Shown here in pieces: positions 59,701 through 64,000 of a DNA stretch of 64,000 nt. The position numbers and the translations under genes are program-made. Each line of letters begins with the position of its first letter. The first letter of the stretch is position 1. The DNA is from Elsinoe ampelina. Lineage: Eukaryota. Location of the stretch: the NCBI GenBank assembly GCA_010093995.1, contig ML992505.1, positions 609,392-673,391 on the forward strand, read 5' to 3'. A model generated the notes under the pieces. It was not told the origin of the DNA and searched no databases. It saw only the letters and a list, made by a program, of their open reading frames with translations.

Positions 59701-62411
59701 TACGTGCTTCTATCGTACGCGGCCATACTTCGGTTGTACGCTTGGTGATCGAGCATGGTGCTAATCATACGCTTATCGCGCGGTCAAGGTCGTTGAGTCA
59801 GCATGACCTTCGTTTGGCTGTTGCAATGGGTCATGTGGACACAATAAGTCTGCTTCTGGCACATGACGTTGAGGGGAATTTGTTCCATTGGTCCCGTCTT
59901 GACAGGATCTGCGCTGCCGCTAGGTTGGGATCGTGCGATATTCTAGATCGACTGCTTCGCAGCAACGTGGGCTCTGAATTGGCATCACAAGAGCTACAAC
60001 TCGGATTGAGGATTGCCGCTTATAGCCACCAATTCGCAACTGTGACTTACCTGGCTGGCAAGGGTGCACTCGTCAATGAAGTCGGGAAAGAGTACGGATC
60101 ACTTCTTTCTCATGTTGTAGCTCGAGAAGGCTTGTCGAAGATGGCAACGCTGTTGATCGAGCTCGGTGCCGATGTGAACGTATCAGCCCGACAGCAAAGA
60201 CCTCTCCATCAGACTCAAGTGCTGGCCTATACGAACGATGGACATTTGCCTCGGCAACGGGACGTCGTCAGTGCTGTTGGAAGGCTCGGTGCTCAGCCAT
60301 CGCTGCTGGAGTGCGCCGTCGACGTCCAGGTCCGCACCACAGCCATCTTGAATCCCTCATTCATAAATGGACTACTCTTGGAGGACAGCGCTTACGTCAC
60401 GATACGCAATAGAGAACGCCGAGAGGCTTCACTCTATCTGAGTACCGCCGCTGCCTTTGGTCACACTATGCATCGACTGCTCCTTGCTGTTGACGATGGC
60501 ATTCACACATCATCTCAAATGTCTCATGCTCCATCTCAGCAGCTCGTCATGCTGTTATCTTCGGATACTGCGGAGTTAATCATAGATGATGGCACAGGTA
60601 GCACTGTACAAAGCCTGAAATTCCCGAGATTCCTGCTCGAATGCAGCATCGGCGTGGACGTTCCTGACTCGAGTCATGATGTTGCCCTTCTTTATGCTGC
60701 GGCGACCGACTGCTCCTATACTGAAGTATCCCGACTTCTCGATCATGGCGCCGATGTGAACGCAAGAGGTGGTTGCTATCACACCGCTTTACAGGCTGCA
60801 GCTTCCATAGAACCATGCTTCTATTGTTGGTATCCAGGATCACATGATGATTGCAATGATAAGGCTCGAACGGTCCAATTGCTCCTTGAGCACGATGCTG
60901 ATGTCAACGCAGAGGGTGGGCGCTATCACACTGCGTTACAGGCTGCTGCTGCGCGTGGTTATCTAACCATAGTGCAACTGCTGCTTGACCGAGGCGCCGA
61001 TACCAATGTTCGGGGCGGTGAATATGGAAACGCCCTCCTAGCAGCCCTGGCGAGTGCGAGAGTAGAGATGGAACGTGTTCACTGTTTGGAATCACTGATA
61101 CGTGGTCTTCGCGACAATTCGCTGACGCTGGCGAACATGCGGCAGCTCGTGTCGACCATTGGTACGAAGCTCAAGGTTCAGAGCGCCGAATACGCAGAAG
61201 CTCTTCGGTTCGTCATCACATCCGTCAGAGCGGAGCCGAGGTGGGTGTCGGTCGAACGTAGAGGACAGCTGAAGGGAGGTCACAAGCCTTGGTCAAGATC
61301 ATCCGATTTCAGGCAGGAAGACCTGACATCCTCGGAACGTTATCGCGAAGCTTTGCAGTACGTTCTTGACCGTAGCATTGATCTGGAGGCTCAAGGGGAT
61401 GGACACATCAATGCTTTCGAGAATGCCGTAGCGAATGCCAGGACAAACCATCACATGGTCGACCTTGTACGTCTCTTACTAGACCGAGGAGCGTCGATCA
61501 ATCTGGAACTTGGTCGTCACAACACGGCCCTGCAGGCTGCATCGGCCATTGGCCATCCTGATATCGTGAAGCTGTTTCTCGATCGGGGTGCGCTTGATTT
61601 GCCCGGGGGTTACCACAACTGTGCTCTCCAAGCAGCTGCACGCAGCGGAAGCGCCACTACAGTGCGGCTACTACTAGAGTGGGGAGCGAGGGACGTTCTT
61701 GGGGGCCACCATGGCTGCGCGCTACAAGCTGCTGCAGCAATACCTAACAACGGGGAGGCATTGCGACTCCTGCTTGAGCATGGATTGGCAGACTCACCAG
61801 GTGGCTATTACGACGGCGCGCTGACAGCATCTGCATGTCATGACGATACATCGATGGTCCAAATGCTGCTCCAGTATGGTATAGGCGATGTCCCGGGTGG
61901 GTCTTATGGCTGTGCATTACAGGCAGCGGCCGAAAATGGGCGGTTCAAAACGGTGCAAGTCCTGCTCGACTCCGGCGCCGTCGACCTTCCAAGTAGACGT
62001 CATAAGTCTGCACTGGACGCTGCCGAATCGGGTGGACACTGGAGCGTTGCAAAACTGCTTCAAAAGCACAGACACGAAAAGGAGCGAGAACAGCAGAGTG
62101 ATATCAGCGAAGACATGACCTCTGACATGCGGGACGCGGTGTGGCAATTCATGAGCGAAAGATGGAGTGGATTTGGCCAGTATCGCCACGGCTCTTGCGA
62201 GCCTCTGGACGCCTGCGAAGCAGAACACAATCACGCGAGCAGTGATGGCCATGAAAGTGAGTTCGGCAGCGAAGATGGTTCCGAACCCAGTCTGGGCAGA
62301 TGCAGCGAGTCCCAAGATGACCGTATCCATAGTGATGACGAGGACAATTGCGACGTACAGCTTGCCGAAATCTACACTAGCAGCGACGATAACAGTGCCA
62401 ACGCTGGATAG
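56750..62411 (+). CDS. Fungal NLR: PNP_UDP_1 - NACHT - ankyrin repeats; introns 57765-57820 and 58659-58705
   Basis: YTIGWIC..DIRLGDVVV..SYADSH (PNP); LHGIPGCGKT, DALDEC, VTSR, GMFRWVACQ (NACHT); many ALQAAA/LLLDRGA ankyrin units. Confidence 0.92.
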
Positions 62412-62743
62412 TAGGCACGACTTCGAAGAATATTGGAATTGACATCTCGGGTAGTGTCGCTGGGTATATCCATTCCGAAGATACACGCACCTCCTCCCAA
62501 GGACACTCGGCTGTTCGCCCGTCCAGCGGTGCCGCTAGGAAGCATGGCCAATCCTACAAATGTGGAGGTGGGCAAGCGCTCATGGTAATCGACTAGTCTC
62601 GTGGAGGGTTCGGCAACAACGATGGAGCGTACAAAGCACAACGTAAATGGCATAAGTAAAGCATCACAGGCACCATGGAATGGCAAGCGCGTGGAATCTG
62701 GATGACGTGATCCCTACCTGGCGACTCCACTGGAAGTCGACTG

Positions 62744-63962
62744 CTATGAGAAGAACTTGCTATATGCAGCCTTTTCCTTCTTCTGTCTCTCCACCTGCCT
62801 CTTCTTCGTCGCAGCAACCTCATTCGCGATCGCGGTATCGTTCGGAGCGAGCTTAGCAGCCTCCTCTAGATCCTTCAGCGCCTCCTCCTCATTCTTCAAT
62901 GCATTCCTCGCAATAGCCCTCCTGAACAATGCCTTTGCCTTGTCTGCATCCTTGATCGTCTTGACAGCCAGCGCATTCGATCCGGACTTGTCCGCGCCGT
63001 CATAGTCCTTGAGCTTGTTCTGAAGCAGTGCGCTGTTGCAGTGGAGGTTGATCTTGAGGGCATCCAGCTGAGCACCAGTGTCCGGGCCGTCGCTGTCGAG
63101 AGGTTCTGGGTATTCGTGGAGGTAACGGAGACCCTTCTGGTACTTGGCCAGCCCAAGATCCAGGTCTCCAGCCTTGAACGCTTTTGTACCCATCTCTTTC
63201 AGATCCGTGGCGATTCTAATGATCTCCTCACCCTTCCACTCTCCATCCGGCTGCTGATCTTCTGGGAAATCCTCGTAAGGGTCGCCAGACTTGTCGGCCG
63301 CACGCTTGGTAGCATTCTCATAATCCTCGCCAGACAGCTCGCCACAATCGTCGATCGTGCAGTCGCGGACTGGCTTGTCGCTGGAACCAGTAGCAGTCTG
63401 CTCAAGGGTGCGGACGACGTTCTTGCCCTGCAGGACCTCGCCGAAGACGACGTGCTTGCCGTCCAGATGAGGCGTAGGGACTGTGGTTATGAAGAATTGA
63501 GATCCGTTGGTGCCAGGTCCTGCATTGGCCATGCTGAGGAGGAAGGGCTTCTCGTGCTTGAGCTGAAAGTTCTCATCGTCAAACTTCTCGCCATAGATGC
63601 TCTCGCCTCCGGTGCCATTGCCAGCTGTGAAGTCACCACCCTGAATCATGAACTGCTTGATGATGCGGTGGAATGAGGATCCCTTGTAGTGAAGGGGCTT
63701 GCCACTCTTTCCCTCTCCCTTTTGACCTGTGCATAGTGCTCGGAAGTTTTCGGCTGTCTTGGGGACGACTGTAGCTCGTTAGATCGAATGCTCATCACTG
63801 AAAGTCAGGTGACATACTGTCATTGTACTGTGCAAGTCAGCCTCCAGTTCTGGTTTGAATTGAGATCACAATGGGCTCACTTACCAGCTCGAATGTGACA
63901 CGACCCTGCTTCGCCTTGCCAATGCTGACGTCAAAGAAGACGCGACTGCGTTTAGCTGCCAT
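62744..63962 (-). CDS. CPR6: 40-kDa cyclophilin with TPRs (Cyp40); introns 63769-63817 and 63828-63884 around a 10-nt micro-exon
   Basis: [56 protein letters not shown] tail KALFRRA and AAYSKFFS. Confidence 0.95.
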
Positions 63963-64000
63963 GGCTGCTGTGTGTGCTTGGTCTTCGTCAAGAATATGTG

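Overview
Gene-dense 64 kb window from a filamentous ascomycete (short ~45-56 nt GT-AG introns with CTRAC/CTAAT-type branch points; RIP-damaged repeats; finer taxonomy cannot be fixed from sequence alone). It opens with a RIP-inactivated Ty1/Copia fragment whose LTR edge lies 116 bp upstream of a tRNA-Ser(UGA) gene. About 22 protein genes follow: PRP24, MRPL22, a MOSC protein, TMEM234-like, a phytanoyl-CoA dioxygenase, a PPR-like protein, DUF3253, a GH28 endopolygalacturonase, CDT1, mug65/Spo73-like, UTP15, a kinase, DUF1365, GUF1, MAD2, a GT2, a GPI-type surface protein, a membrane aspartic-protease homologue, the SLT2/MpkA MAPK, RRP4, a PNP-NACHT-ankyrin NLR and CPR6. The standout observation is the tRNA-Ser gene, which has two intervening sequences. 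One is a normal position 37/38 tRNA intron. The other is a 50-nt insert in the D-arm with spliceosomal hallmarks (AG|GTATTG donor, GCTAAC branch point 11 nt from the end, size typical of this genome's mRNA introns) but ending in TGG instead of YAG. Also notable: a four-element nest of miniature DNA transposons (19861-20768), recurrent C-rich to G-rich skew flips independent of gene orientation, and an accessory island with MITEs, a small secreted protein and an NLR. All gene calls are from motif recognition, not database searches.
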